From contig OZ024751.1 of assembly GCA_964016885.1 (NCBI GenBank), positions 310,001 through 374,000 of the forward strand: a stretch of 64,000 nt of DNA, given 5' to 3'. Positions within the stretch are counted from its first letter, which is position 1; each line of letters begins with the position of its first letter. The notes beneath the pieces were generated by a model that searched no databases, had not been told where the DNA came from, and was given only the letters and a program-made list of their open reading frames with translations. The translations under genes were made by a program, and so were the position numbers. Source of the DNA: Eledone cirrhosa. Lineage: Eukaryota. Positions 32,601 to 47,600 of this stretch are shown piece by piece.

Positions 32601-35600
32601 GTGTGGGTAGTGTAGTAGGGACAGGTTGATAGTGGGTAGTGTAGTAGGGACAGGTTGATTGTGGGTAGTGTAGTAGGGACAGGTTGATTGTGGGTAGTGT
32701 AGTAGGGACAGGTTGAGTGTCGGTAGTGTAGTAGGGACAGGATGAGTGTGGATAGTGTAGTAGGGACAGGTTGAGTGTGGGTAGTGTAGTAGGGACAGGT
32801 TAAGTGTGGGTAGTGTAGTATGGACAGGTTGAGTGTGGCTAGTGTAGAAGGGACAGGCTGAGTGTAGGTAGTGTAGTAGGGACAGGTTGATTGTGGGTAG
32901 TGTAGTAGGGACAGGTTGAGTGTGGGTAGTGTAGTAGGGACAGGTTGAGTGTGGCTAGTGCAGTAGGAACAGGCTGAGTGTAGGTAGTGTAGTAGGGACA
33001 GGTTGAGTGTGGCTAGTGTAGTAGGGACAGGTTGAGTGTGGATAGTGTAGTATGGACAGGTTGAGTGTAGGTAGTGTAGTAGGGACAGGTTGATTGTGGG
33101 TAGTTTAGTAGGGACAGGTTGTTGTGGGTAGTGTAGTAGGGACAAGTTGAGTGTAGGTAGTGTAGTAGGGACAGGTTGAGTGTGGGTAGTGTAGAAGGGA
33201 CAGGTTGAGTGTGGCTAGTGTAGTAGGGACAAGCTGAGAGTGGGTAGTGTAGTAGGGACTGGTTGAGTGTGGGTAGTGTAGTAGGGACAGGTTGAGTGTG
33301 GCTAGTGTAGTAGGGACAGGTTGAGTGTGGCTAGTTTAGTAGGAACAGGCTGAGAGTGGGTAGTGTAGTAGGGACAGGCTGTTGTGGGTAGTGTAGAAGA
33401 GACAGGTTGATTGTGGGTAGTGTAGTAGGGACAGGTTGATGTGGGTAGTGTAGTAGGGACAGGTTGAGTGTGGGTAGTGTAGTAGGGACAGGCTGAGTGT
33501 GGGTAGTGTAGTAGGGACAGGCTGAGTGTGGGTAGTGTAGTAGGGACAGGTTGAGTGTGGGTAGTGTAGTAGGGACAGGTTGATTGTGGGTAGTGTAGTA
33601 GGGACAGGTTGATTGTGGGTAGTGTAGTAGGGACAGGTTGATGTGGGTAGTGTAGTAGGGACAGGTTGAGTGTGGGTAGTGTAGTAGGGACAGGTTGAGT
33701 GTGGGTAGTGTAGAAGGGACAGGTTGAGTGTGGGTAGTTTAGTAGGGACAGGTTGTTGTAGGTAGTGTAGTAGGGACAGGTTGATTGTGGGTAGTGTAGT
33801 AGGGACAGGTTGAGTGTGGGTAGTTCAGTAGGGACAGGTTGAGTGTGGGTAGTGTAGTATGGACAGGTTGAGTGTAGGTAGTGTAGTAGGGACAGGTTGA
33901 TTGTGGGTAGTGTAGTAGGGACAGGTTGTTGTGGGTAGTGTAGTATGGACAGGTTGAGTGTGGGTAGTGTAGTATGGACAGGTTGAGTGTAGGTAGTGTA
34001 GTAGGGACAGGTTGAGTGTGGGTAGTGTAGAAGGGACAGGTTGAGTGTGGCTAGTGTAGTAGGGACAGGTGGAATGTAGGTAGTGTAGTAGGGACAGGTT
34101 GATTGTGGGTAGTGTAGTAGGGACAGGTTGAGTGTGGGTAGTGTAGAAGGGACAGGTTGAGTGTGGGTAGTGTAGTAGGGACAGGTTGAGTGTAGGTAGT
34201 GTAGTAGGGACAGGTTGAGTGTAGGTAGTGTAGAAGGGACAGGTTGAGTGTGGCTAGTATAGTAGGGGCAGGTTGAGTGTGGCTAGTGTAGTGGGGACAG
34301 GTTGAGTGTAGGTAGTGTAGTAGGGACAGGTTGAGTGTAGGTCGTGTAGTAGGGACAGGTTGAGTGTGGGTAGTGTAGAAGGGACAGGTTGAGTGTGGGT
34401 AGTGTAGAAGGGACAGTTGATTGTGGGTAGTGTAGTAGGGACAGGCTGAGAGTGGGTAGTGTAGTAGGGACTGGTTGAGTGTGGGTAGTATAGTAGGGAC
34501 AGGTTGATGTGGGTACTGTAGAAGGGACAGGTTGATTGTGGGTAGTGTAGTAGGGACAGGTTGTTGTGGGTAGTGTAGTAGGGACAGGTTGAGTGTAGGT
34601 AGTGTAGTAGGGACAGGTTGAGTGTGGGTAGTGTAGAAGGGACAGGTTGAGTGTGGGTAGTGTAGAAGGGACAGGTTGATTGTGGGTAGTGTAGTAGGGA
34701 CAGGCTGAGAGTGGGTAGTGTAGTAGGGACTGGTTGAGTGTGGGTAGTGTAGTAGGGACAGGTTGAGTGGGGGTAGTGTAGAAGGGACAGGTTGATTGTG
34801 GGTAGTGTAGTAGGGACAGGTTGATTGTGGGTAGTGTAGTAGGGACAGGTTGAGTGTGGGTAGTGTAGTAGGGACAGGTTGAGTGTGGCTAGTGTAGTAG
34901 GGACAGGTTGAGAGTGGGTAGTGTAGTAGGGACAGGCTGTCGTGGGTAGTGTAGAAGGGACAGGTTGATTGTGGGTAGTGTAGTAGGGAGAGGGTGTTGT
35001 GGGTAGTGTAGTAGGGACAGGTTAATGTGGGTAGTGTAGTAGGGACAGGATGAGTGTGGGTAGTGTAGTAGGGACAGACAGGTTGATGTGGGTAGTGTAG
35101 TCGGGACAGGTTGATGTGGGTAGTGTAGTAGGGACAGGTTGAGTGTGGGTAGTGTAGCAGGGACAGGCTGAGTGTGGGTAGTGTAGTAGGGACAGGTTGA
35201 GTGTAGGTAGTGTAGTAGGGACAGGTTGAGTGTAGGTAGTGTAGTAGGGACAGGTTGAGTGTGGGTAGTGTAGAAGGGACAGGTTGAGTGTGGGTAGTGT
35301 AGAAGGGACAGGTTGATTGTGGGTAGTGTAGTAGGGACAGGCTGAGAGTGGGTAGTGTAGTAGGGACTGGTTGAGTGTGGGTAGTGTAGTAGGGACAGGT
35401 TGAGTGGGGGTAGTGTAGAAGGGACAGGTTGATTGTGGGTAGTGTAGTAGGGACAGGTTGATTGTGGGTAGTGTAGTAGGGACAGGTTGAGTGTGGGTAG
35501 TGTAGTAGGGACAGGCTGAGTGTGGGTAGTGTAGTAGAGACAGGTTGAGTGTGGGTAGTGTAGTAGGGACAGGTTGAGTGTGGCTAGTGTAGTAGGGACA

Positions 35601-38600
35601 GGCTGAGTGTAGGTAGAGTAGTAGGGACAGGTTGATTGTGGGTAGTGTAGTAGGGACAGGTTGAGTGTGGGTAGTGTAGTAGGGACAGGTTGAGTGTGGC
35701 TAGTGTAGTAGGAACAGGCTGAGTGTAGGTAGTGTAGTAGGGACAGGTTGAGTGTGGCTAGTGTAGTAGGGACAGGTTGAGTGTGGATAGTGTATTATGG
35801 ACAGGTTGAGTGTAGGTAGTGTAGTAGGGACAGGTTGATTGTGGGTAGTGTAGTAGGGACAGGTTGTTGTGGGTAGTGTAGTAGGGACAGGTTGAGTGTA
35901 GGTAGTGTAGTAGGGACAGGTTGAGTGTGGGTAGTGTAGAAGGGACAGGTTGAGTGTGGGTAGTGTAGAAGGGACAGGTTGAGTGTGTCTAGTGTAGTAG
36001 GGACAAGCTGAGAGTGGGTAGTGTAGTAGGGACTGGTTGAGTGTGGGTAGTGTAGTAGGGACAGGTTGAGTGTGGCTAGTGTAGTAGGGACAGGTTGAGA
36101 GTGGGTAGTGTAGTAGGGACAGGCTGTTGTGGGTAGTGTAGAAGGGACAGGTTGATTGTGGGTAGTGTAGTAGGGACAGGTTAAGTGTGGGTAGTGTAGT
36201 AGGGACAGACAGGTTGATGTGGGTAGTGTAGTAGGGACAGGTTGTTGTGGGTAGTGTAGTAGGGACAGGTTGAGTGTGGGTAGTGTAGTAGGGACAGGTT
36301 GAGTGTGGCTAGTGTAATAGGGACAGTTTGATGTGGGTAGTGTAGTCGGGACAGGTTGATGTGGGTAGTGTAGTAGGGACAGGTTGAGTGTGGGTAGTGT
36401 AGTTGGGACAGGCTGAGTGTGGGTAGTGTAGTAGGGACAGGCTGAGTGTGGGTAGTGTAGTAGGGACAGGTTGATTGTGGGTAGTGTAGTAGGGACAGGT
36501 TGATTGTGGGTAGTGTAGTAGGGACAGGTTGAGTGTCGGTAGTGTAGTGGGGACAGTATGAGTGTGGGTAGTGTAGTAGGGACAGGTTGAGTGTGCGTAG
36601 TGTAGTAGGGACAGGTTAAGTGTGGGTAGTGTAGAAGGGACAGGTTGAGTGTGGCTAGTGTAGAAGGGACAGGCTGAGTGTAGGTAGTGTAGTAGGGACA
36701 GGTTGATTGTGGGTAGTGTAGTAGGGACAGGTTGAGTGTGGGTAGTGTAGTAGGGACAGGTTGAGTGTGGCTAGTGCAGTAGGAACAGGCTGAGTGTAGG
36801 TAGTGTAGTAGGGACAGGTTGAGTGTGGCTAGTGTAGTAGGGACAGGTTGAGTGTGGATAGTGTAGTATGGACAGGTTGAGTGTAGGTAGTGTAGTAGGG
36901 ACAGGTTGATTGTGGGTAGTTTAGTAGGGACAGGTTGTTGTGGGTAGTGTAGTAGGGACAAGTTGAGTGTAGGTAGTGTAGTAGGGACAGGTTGAGTGTG
37001 GCTAGTGTAGTAGGGACAAGCTGAGAGTGGGCAGTGTAGTAGGGACTGGTTGAGTGTGGGTAGTGTAGTAGGGACAGGTTGAGAGTGGGTAGTGTAGTAG
37101 GGACAGGCTGTTGTGGGTAGTGTAGAAGGGACAGGTTGATTGTGGGTAGTGTAGAAGGGACAGGTTGAGTGTGGCTAGTGTAGTAGGGACAAGCTGAGAG
37201 TGGGTAGTGTAGTAGGGACAGGCTGTTGTGGGTAGTGTAGAAGGGACAGGTTGATTGTGGGTAGTGTAGTAGGGACAGGTTGATGTGGGTAGTGTAGTAG
37301 GGACAGGTTGAGTGTGGGTAGTGTAGTAGGGACAGGCTGAGTGTGGGTAGTGTAGTAGGGACAGGCTGAGTGTGGGTAGTGTAGTAGGGACAGGTTGAGT
37401 GTGGGTAGTGTAGTAGGGACAGGTTGATTGTGGGTAGTGTAGTAGGGACAGGTTGATTGTGGGTAGTGTAGTAGGGACAGGTTGAGTGTGGGTAGTGTAG
37501 TAGGGACAGGTTGAGTGTGGGTAGTGTAGTAGGGACAGGTTGAGTGTGGGTAGTGTAGTAGGGACAGTTTGTTGTGGGTAGTGTAGTAGGGACAGGTTGA
37601 GTGTGGGTAGTGTAGAAGGGACAGGTTGAGTGTGGGTAGTGTAGTAGGGACAGGTTGAGTGTGTAAAGTGTAGTATGTACAGGTTGAGTGTAGGTAGTGT
37701 AGTAGGGACAGGTTGAGTGTGGGTAGTGTAGAAGGGACAGGTTGAGTGTGGGTAGTGTAGAAGGGACAGGTTGAGTGTGGCTAGTGTAGTAGGGACAAGC
37801 TGAGAGTGGGTAGTGTAGTAGGGACTGGTTGAGTGTGGGTAGTGTAGTAGGGACAGGTTGAGTGTGGCTAGTGTAGTAGGGACAGGTTGAGAGTGGGTAG
37901 TGTAGTAGGGACAGGCTGTTGTGGGTAGTGTAGAAGGTACAGGTTGATTCTGGGTAGTGTAGTAGGGACAGGTTGATGTGGGTAGTGTAGTAGGGACAGG
38001 TTGAGTGTGGGTAGTGTAGTAGGGACAGACAGGTTGATGTGGGTAGTGTAGTAGGGATAGGTTTTTGTGGGTAGTGTAGTAGGGACAGGTTGAGTGTGGG
38101 TAGTGTAGTAGGGACAGGTTGAGTGTGGCTAGTGTAGTAGGAACAGGCTGAGTGTAGGTAGTGTAGTAGGGACAGGTTGAGTGTGGGTAGTGTAGAAGGG
38201 ACAGGTTGAGTGTGGCTAGTGTAGTAGGGACAGGTTGAGTGTAGGTAGTGTAGTAGGGACAGGTTGAGTGTAGGTAGTGTAGTAGGGACAAGTTGATTGT
38301 GGGTAGTGTAGTAGGGACAGTTTGTTGTGGGTAGTGTAGTAGGGACAGGTTGAGTGTGGGTAGTGTAGTAGGGACAGGTTGCGTGTAGGTAGTGTAGTAG
38401 GGACAGGTTGATTGTGGGTAGTGTAGTAGGGACAGTTTGTTGTGGGTAGTGTAGTAGGGACAGGTTGAGTGTGGCTAGTGTAGTAGGGACAGGTTGAGTG
38501 TGGCTAGTGTAGAAGGGACAGGTTGAGTGTGGCTAGTGTAGTAGGGACAGGTTGAGTGTAGGTAGTGTAGTAGGGACAGGTTGAGTGTAGGTAGTGTAGT

Positions 38601-41600
38601 AGGGACAGGTTGAGTGTGGGTAGTGTAGAAGGGACAGGTTGAGTGTGGCTAGTGTAGTAGGGACAGGTTGAGAGTGGGTAGTGTAGTAGGGACAGGGTAA
38701 GAGTGGGTAGTGTAGTAGGGACAGGTTGAGTGTAGGTAGTGTAGTAGGGACAGGTTGGGTGTGGCTAGTGTAGTAGGGACAGGTTGAGTGTGGGTTGTGT
38801 AGTAGGGACAGGTTGAATGTGGGTAGTGTAGTAGGGACAGGTTGAGTGTGGCTAGTGTAGTAGGGACAGACAGGTTGATGTGGGTAGTGTAGAAGGGACA
38901 GGTTGATGTGGGTAGTGTAGTAAGGACAGGTAGAGTGTGGCTAGTGTAGTAGGGAAAGTTTGATGTGGGTAGTGTAGTCGGGACAGGTTGAGGTGGGTAG
39001 TGTAGTAGGGACAGGTTGAGTGTGGGTAGTGTAGTAGGGACAGGCTGAGTGTGGGTAGTGTAGTAGGGACAGGCTGAGAGTGGGTAGTGTAGTAGGGACT
39101 GGTTGAGTGTGGGTAGTGTAGTAGGGACAGGTTGAGTGTGGGTTGTGTAGTAGGGACAGGTTGAATGTGGGTAGTGTAGTAGGGACAGGTTGAGTGTGGC
39201 TAGTGTAGTAGGGACAGACAGGTTGATGTGGGTAGTGTAGAAGGGACAGGTTGATGTGGGTAGTGTAGTAAGGACAGGTAGAGTGTGGCTAGTGTAGTAG
39301 GGAAAGTTTGATGTGGGTAGTGTAGTCGGGACAGGTTGAGGTGGGTAGTGTAGTAGGGACAGGTTGAGTGTGGGTAGTGTAGTAGGGACAGGCTGAGTGT
39401 GGGTAGTGTAGTAGGGACAGGCTGAGTGTGGGTAGTGTAGTAGGGACAGACTGAGTGTGGGTAGTGTAGTAGGGACAGGTTGCGTGTGGGTAGTGTAGTA
39501 GGGACAGGTTGAGTGTGGGTAGTGTAGAAGGGACAGGTTGATTGTGGGTAGTGTAGTAGGGACAGGTTGATTGTGGGTAGTGTAGTAGGGACAGGTTGAG
39601 TGTGGGTAGTGTAGTAGGGACAGGTTGAGTGTCGGTAGTGTAGTAAGGACAGGTTGAGTGTGGCTAGTGTAGTAGGGACAGGTTGAGAGTGGGTAGTGTA
39701 GTAGGGACAGGCTGTTGTGGGTAGTGTAGAAGGGACAGGTTGATTGTGGGTAGTGTAGTAGGAACAGGTTGTTGTGGGTAGTGTAGTAGGGACAGGTTGA
39801 TGTGGGTAGTGTAGTAGGGACAGGTTGAGTGTGGCTAGTGTAGTAGGGACAGACAGGTTGATGTGGGTAGTGTAGAAGGGACAGGTTGATGTGGGTAGTG
39901 TAGTAGGGACAGGTTGAGTGTGGCTAGTGTAGTAGGGAAAGTTTGATGTGGGTAGTGTAGAAGGGACAGGTTGATGTGGGTAGTGTAGTCGGGACAGGTC
40001 GATGTGGGTAGTGTAGTAGGGACAGGTTGAGTGTAGGTAATGTAGTAGGGACAGGCTGAGTGTGGGTAGTGTAGTAGGGACAGGCTGAGTGTGGGTAGTG
40101 TAGTAGGGACAGGCTGAGTGTGGGTAGTGTAGTAGGGACAGGTTGATTGTGGGTAGTGTAGTAGGGACAGGTTGAGTGTGGGTAGTGTAGTAGGGACAGG
40201 TTGAGTGTGGGTAGTGTAGTAAGGACAGGTTGAGTGTGGCTAGTGTAGTAGGGACAGGTTGAGAGTGGGTAGTGTAGTAGGGACAGGCTGTTGTGGGTAG
40301 TGTAGAAGGGACAGGTTGATTGTGGGTAGTGTAGTAGGGACAGGTTGTTGTGGGTAGTGTAGTAGGGACAGGTTGATGTGGGTAGTGTAGTAGGGACAGG
40401 TTGAGTGTGGCTAGTGTAGTCGGGACAGGTTGATGTGGGTAGTGTAGTAGGGACAGGTTGAGTGTGGGTAGTGTAGTAGGGACAGGCTGAGTGTGGCTAG
40501 TGTAGTAGGGACAGGCTGAGTGTGGGTAGTGTAGTAGGGACATGTTGAGTGTGGGTAGTGTAGTAGGGACAGGTTGAGTGTGGGTAGTTAAGTAGGGACA
40601 GGTTAAGTGTGGGTAGTGTAGAAGGGACAGGTTGAGTGTGGCTAGTGTAGTAGGGACAGGCTGAGTGTAGGTAGTGTAGTAGGGACAGGTTGATTGTGGG
40701 TAGTGTAGTAGGGACAGGTTGAGTGTGGGTAGTGTAGTAGGGACAGGTTGAGTGTGGCTAGTGTAGTAGGAACAGGCTGAGTGTAGGTAGTGTAGTAGGA
40801 ACAGGTTGAGTGTGGCTAGTGTAGTAGGGACAGGTTGAGTGTGAATAGTGTAGTATGGACAGGTTGAGTGTAGGTAGTGTAGTAGGGACAGGTTGATTGT
40901 GGGTAGTGTAGTAGGGACAGGTTGAGTGTGGGTAGTGTAGTAGGGACAGGTTGAGTGTGGGTAGTGTAGAAGGGACAGGTTGAGTGTGGGTAGTTTAGTA
41001 GGGACAGGTTGTTGTAGGTAGTGTAGTAGGGACAGGTTGATTGTGGGTAGTGTAGTAGGGACAGGTTGAGTTTGGGTAGTGTAGTAGGGACAGGCTGTTG
41101 TGGGTAGTGTAGTAGGGACAGGTTGAGTGTGGCTAGTGTAGTAGGGACAGGTTGAGTGTGTATAGTGTAGTATGTACAGGTTGAGTGTAGGTAGTGTAGT
41201 AGGGACAGGTTGAGTGTAGGTAGTGTAGTTGGGACAGGTTGAGTGTGGGTAGTGTAGAAGGGACAGGTTGAGTGTGGGTAGTGTAGAAGGGACAGGTTGA
41301 GTGTGGCTAGTGTAGTAGGGACAAGCTGAGAGTGGGTAGTGTAGTAGGGACTGGTTGAGTGTGGGTAGTGTAGTAGGGACAGTTTGAGTGTGGCTAGTGT
41401 AGTAGGGACAGGTTGAGAGTGGGTAGTGTAGTAGGGACAGGCTGTTGTGGGTAGTGTAGAAGGGACAGGTTGATTGTGGGTAGTGTAGTAGGGACAGGTT
41501 GATGTGGGTAGTGTAGTAGGGACAGGTTGAGTGTGGGTAGTGTAGTAGGGACAGACAGGTTGATGTGGGTAGTGTAGTAGGGATAGGTTGTTGTGGGTAG

Positions 41601-44600
41601 TGTAGTAGGGACAGGTTGAGTGTGGGTAGTGTAGTAGAGACAGGTTGAGTGTGGCTAGTGTAGTAGGAACAGGCTGAGAGTAGGTAGTGTAGTAGGGACA
41701 GGTTGAGTGTGGCTAGTGTAGTAGGGACAGGTTGAGTGGGTAGTGTATAAGGGACAGGTTGTTGTGGGTAGTGTAGTAGGGACAGGATGAGTGTGGGTAG
41801 TGTAGTAGGGACAGGCTGAGTGTGGGTAGTGTAGTAGGGACAGGTTGAGTGTGGGTAGTGTAGTAGGGACAGGTTGAGTGTGGGTAGTGTAGTAGGGACA
41901 GGATGAGTGTGGGTAGTGTAGTAGGGACAGGCTGAGTGTGGGTAGTGTAGTAGGGACAGGTTGAGTGTGGGTAGTGTAGTAGGGACAGGTTGATTGTGGG
42001 TAGTGTAGTAGGGACAGGTTGAGTGTGGGTAGTGTAGTAGGGACAGGTTGAGTGTGGGTAGTGTAGTAGGGACAAGTTGATTGTGGGTAGTGTAGTAGGG
42101 ACAGTTTGTTGTGGGTAGTGTAGTAGGGACAGGTTGAGTGTGGGTAGTGTAGTAGGGACAGGTTGCGTGTAGGTAGTGTAGTAGGGACAGGGTAAGAGTG
42201 GGTAGTGTAGTAGGGACAGGTTGAGTGTGGGTAGTGTAGTAGGGACATACAGGTTGATGTGGGTAGTGTAGTAGGGACAGGTTGAGTGTGGCTAGTGTAG
42301 TAGGAACAGGCTGAGAGTAGGTAGTGTAGTAGGGACAGGTTGAGTGTGGGTAGTGTAGTAGGGACAGGTTGAGTGTGGGTAGTGTAGTAGGGACAAGTTG
42401 ATTGTGGGTAGTGTAGTAGGGACAGGTTGAGTCTGGGTAGTGTAGTAGGGACAGGTTGATTGTGGGTAGTGTAGTAGGGACAGGTTGAGTGTAGGTAGTG
42501 TAGTAGGGACAGGTTGAGTGTGGGTAGTGTAGAAGGGACAGGTTGAGTGTGGCTAGTGTAGTAGGGACAGGTTGAGAGTGGGTAGTGTAGTAGGGACAGG
42601 CTGTTGTGGGTAGTGTAGAAGGGACAGGTTGATTGTGGGTAGTGTAGTAGGGAAGGTTGTTGTGGGTAGTGTAGTAGGGACAGGTTGATGTGGGTAGTGT
42701 AGTAGGGACAGGTTGAGTGTGGGTAGTGTAGTAGGGACAGACAGGTTGATGTGGGTAGTGTAGTAGGGACAGGTTGTTGTGGGTAGTGTAGTAGGGACAG
42801 GTTGAGTGTGGGTAGTGTAGTAGGTACAGGCTGAGTGTGGGTAGTGTAGTAGGGACAGGCTGAGTGTGGGTAGTGTAGTAGGGACAGGTTGAGTGTGGGT
42901 AGTGTAGTAGGGACAGGTTGATTGTGGGTAGTGTAGTAGGTACAGGCTGAGTGTGGGTAGTGTAGTAGGGACAGGCTGAGTGTGGGTAGTGTAGTAGGTA
43001 CAGGCTGAGTGTGGGTAGTGTAGTAGGGACAGGTTGTTGTGGGTAGTGTAGTAGGGACAGGTTGAGTGTGGGTAGTGTAGTAGGTACAGGCTGAGTGTGG
43101 GTAGTGTAGTAGGGACAGGCTGAGTGTGGGTAGTGTAGTAGGGACAGGTTGAGTGTGGGTAGTGTAGTAGGGACAGTTTGTTGTGGGTAGTGTAGTAGGG
43201 ACAGGTTGAGTGTGGCTAGTGTAGTAGGGACAGGTTGCGTGTAGGTAGTGTAGTAGGGACAGGGTAAGAGTGGGTAGTGTAGTAGGGACAGGGTAAGAGT
43301 GGGTAGTGTAGTAGGGACAGGTTGAGTGTGGGTAGTGTAGTAGGGACAGGTTGAGTGTGGCTAGTGTAGAAGGGACAGGTTGAGTGTGGCTAGTGTAGTA
43401 GGGACAGGTTGAGTGTAGGTAGTGTAGTAGGGACAGGTTGAGTGTAGGTAGTGTAGTAGGGACAGGGTAAGAGTGGGTAGTGTAGTAGGGACAGGTTAAG
43501 AGTGGGTAGTGTAGTAGGGACAGGTTGAGTGTAGGTAGTGTAGTAGGGACAGGTTGAGTGTGGGTAGTGTAGACGGGACAGGTTGAGTGTGGCTAGTGTA
43601 GTAGGGACAGGTTGAGAGTGGGTAGTGTAGTAGGGACAGGCTGTTGTGGGTAGTGTAGAAGGGACAGGTTGATTGTGGGTAGTGTAGTAGGGACAGGTTG
43701 AGTGTGGGTAGTGTAGTAGGGACAGGATGAGTGTGGGTAGTGTAGTAGGGACAGGCTGAGTGTGGGTAGTGTAGTAGGGACAGGTTGAGTGTGGGTAGTG
43801 TAGTAGGGACAGGTTGATTGTGGGTAGTGTAGTAGGGACAGGTTGAGTGTGGGTAGTGTAGTAGGGACAGGTTGAGTGTGGGTAGTGTAGTAGGGACAAG
43901 TTGATTGTGGGTAGTGTAGTAGGGACAGTTTGTTGTGGGTAGTGTAGTAGGGACAGGTTGAGTGTGGGTAGTGTAGAAGGGACAGGTTGAGTGTGACTAG
44001 TGTAGTAGGGACAGGTTGAGTGTGGGTAGTGTAGTAGGGACAGGTTGCGTGTAGGTAGTGTAGTAGGGACAGGGTAAGAGTGGGTAGTGTAGTAGGGACA
44101 GGGTAAGAGTGGGTAGTGTAGTAGGGACAGGTTGAGTGTGGGTAGTGTAGTAGGGACAGACAGGTTGATGTGGGTAGTGTAGTAGGGATAGGTTGTTGTG
44201 GGTAGTGTAGTAGGGACAGGTTGAGTGTGGGTAGTGTAGTAGAGACAGGTTGAGTGTGGCTAGTGTAGTAGGAACAGGCTGAGAGTAGGTAGTGTAGTAG
44301 GGACAGGTTGAGTGTGGGTAGTGTAGTAGGGACAGGTTGAGTGTGGGTAGTGTAGTAGGGACAAGTTGATTGTGGGTAGTGTAGTAGGGACAGGTTGATT
44401 GTGGGTAGTGTAGTAGGGACAGGCTGAGAGTGGGTAGTGTAGTAGGGACTGGTTGAGTGTGGGTAGTGTAGTAGGGACAGGTTGAGTGGGGGTAGTGTAG
44501 AAGGGACAGGTTGATTGTGGGTAGTGTAGTACGGACAGGTTGATTGTGGGTAGTGTAGTAGGGACAGGTTGAGTGTGGGTAGTGTAGTAGGGACAGGTTG

Positions 44601-47600
44601 AGTGTGGCTAGTGTAGTAGGGACAGGTTGAGAGTGGGTAGTGTAGTAGGGACAGGCTGTTGTGGGTAGTGTAGAAGGGACAGGTTGATTGTGGGTAGTGT
44701 AGTAGGGAGAGGTTGTTGTGGGTAGTGTAGTAGGGACAGGTTAATGTGGGTAGTGTAGTAGGGACAGGATGAGTGTGGGTAGTGTAGTAGGGACAGACAG
44801 GTTGATGTGGGTAGTGTAGAAGGGACAGGTTGATGTGGGTAGTGTAGTAGGGACAGGTTGAGTGTGGCTAGTGTAGTAGGGACAGTTTGATGTGGGTAGT
44901 GTAGTCGGGACAGGTTGATGTGGGTAGTGTAGTAGGGACAGGTTGAGTGTGGGTAGTGTAGCAGGGACAGGCTGAGTGTGGGTAGTGTAGTAGGGACAGG
45001 CTGAGTGTGGGTAGTGTAGTAGGGACAGGTTGATTGTGGGTAGTGTAGTAGGGACAGGTTGAGTGTGAGTAGTGTAGTAGGGACAGGTTGAGTGTGGGTA
45101 GTGTAGTAGGGACAGGTTGAGTGTGGGTAGTGTAGTAGGGACAGGTTGAGTGTGGGTAGTGTAGTAGGGACAGGTTTAGTGTGGGTAGTGTAGTAGGGAC
45201 AGGTTAAGTGTGGGTAGTGTAGAAGGGACAGGTTGAGTGTGGCTAGTGTAGTAGGGACAGGCTGAGTGTAGGTAGAGTAGTAGGGACAGGTTGATTGTGG
45301 GTAGTGTAGTAGGGACAGGTTGAGTGTGGGTAGTGTAGTAGGGACAGGATGAGTGTGGCTAGTGTAGTAGGAACAGGCTGAGTGTAGGTAGTGTAGTAGG
45401 GACAGGTTGAGTGTGGCTAGTGTAGTAGGGACAGGTTGAGTGTGGATAGTGTAGTATGGACAGGTTGAGTGTAGGTAGTGTAGTAGGGACAGGTTGATTG
45501 TGGGTAGTGTAGTAGGGACAGGTTGTTGTGGGTAGTGTAGTAGGGACAGGTTGAGTGTAGGTAGTGTAGTAGGGACAGGTTGAGTGTGGGTAGTGTAGAA
45601 GGGACAGGTTGAGTGTGGGTAGTGTAGAAGGGACAGGTTGAGTGTGGCTAGTGTAGTAGGGACAAGCTGAGAGTGGGTAGTGTAGTAGGAACTGGTTGAG
45701 TGTGGGTAGTGTAGTAGGGACAGGTTGAGTGTGGCTAGTGTAGTAGGGACAGGTTGAGAGTGGGTAGTGTAGTAGGGACAGGCTGTTGTGGGTAGTGTAG
45801 AAGGGACAGGTTGATTGTGGGTAGTGTAGTAGGGACAGGTTAAGTGTGGGTAGTGTAGTAGGGACAGACAGGTTGATGTGGGTAGTGTAGTAGGGACAGG
45901 TTGTTGTGGGTAGTGTAGTAGGGACAGGTTGAGTGTGGGTAGTGTAGTAGGGACAGGTTGAGTGTGGCTAGTGTAGTAGGGACAGTTTGATGTGGGTAGT
46001 GTAGTCGGGACAGGTTGATGTGGGTAGTGTAGTAGGGACAGGTTGAGTGTGGGTAGTGTAGTTGGGACAGGCTGAGTGTGGGTAGTGTAGTAGGGACAGG
46101 CTGAGTGTGGGTAGTGTAGTAGGGACAGGTTGATAGTGGGTAGTGTAGTAGGGACAGGTTGATTGTGGGTAGTGTAGTAGGGACAGGTTGATTGTGGGTA
46201 GTGTAGTAGGGACAGGTTGAGTGTCGGTAGTGTAGTAGGGACAGGATGAGTGTGGATAGTGTAGTAGGGACAGGTTGAGTGTGGGTAGTGTAGTAGGGAC
46301 AGGTTAAGTGTGGGTAGTGTAGTATGGACAGGTTGAGTGTGGCTAGTGTAGAAGGGACAGGCTGAGTGTAGGTAGTGTAGTAGGGACAGGTTGATTGTGG
46401 GTAGTGTAGTAGGGACAGGTTGAGTGTGGGTAGTGTAGTAGGGACAGGTTGAGTGTGGCTAGTGCAGTAGGAACAGGCTGAGTGTAGGTAGTGTAGTAGG
46501 GACAGGTTGAGTGTGGCTAGTGTAGTAGGGACAGGTTGAGTGTGGATAGTGTAGTATGGACAGGTTGAGTGTAGGTAGTGTAGTAGGGACAGGTTGATTG
46601 TGGGTAGTTTAGTAGGGACAGGTTGTTGTGGGTAGTGTAGTAGGGACAAGTTGAGTGTAGGTAGTGTAGTAGGGACAGGTTGAGTGTGGGTAGTGTAGAA
46701 GGGACAGGTTGAGTGTGGCTAGTGTAGTAGGGACAAGCTGAGAGTGGGTAGTGTAGTAGGGACTGGTTGAGTGTGGGTAGTGTAGTAGGGACAGGTTGAG
46801 TGTGGCTAGTGTAGTAGGGACAGGTTGAGTGTGGCTAGTTTAGTAGGAACAGGCTGAGAGTGGGTAGTGTAGTAGGGACAAGCTGTTGTGGGTAGTGTAG
46901 AAGAGACAGGTTGATTGTGGGTAGTGTAGTAGGGACAGGTTGATGTGGGTAGTGTAGTAGGGACAGGTTGAGTGTGGGTAGTGTAGTAGGGACAGGCTGA
47001 GTGTGGGTAGTGTAGTAGGGACAGGCTGAGTGTGGGTAGTGTAGTAGGGACAGGTTGAGTGTGGGTAGTGTAGTAGGGACAGGTTGATTGTGGGTAGTGT
47101 AGTAGGGACAGGTTGATTGTGGGTAGTGTAGTAGGGACAGGTTGATGTGGGTAGTGTAGTAGGGACAGGTTGAGTGTGGGTAGTGTAGTAGGGACAGGTT
47201 GAGTGTGGGTAGTGTAGAAGGGACAGGTTGAGTGTGGGTAGTTTAGTAGGGACAGGTTGTTGTAGGTAGTGTAGTAGGGACAGGTTGATTGTGGGTAGTG
47301 TAGTAGGGACAGGTTGAGTGTGGGTAGTTCAGTAGGGACAGGTTGAGTGTGGGTAGTGTAGTATGGACAGGTTGAGTGTAGGTAGTGTAGTAGGGACAGG
47401 TTGATTGTGGGTAGTGTAGTAGGGACAGGTTGTTGTGGGTAGTGTAGTATGGACAGGTTGAGTGTGGGTAGTGTAGTATGGACAGGTTGAGTGTAGGTAG
47501 TGTAGTAGGGACAGGTTGAGTGTGGGTAGTGTAGAAGGGACAGGTTGAGTGTGGCTAGTGTAGTAGGGACAGGTGGAATGTAGGTAGTGTAGTAGGGACA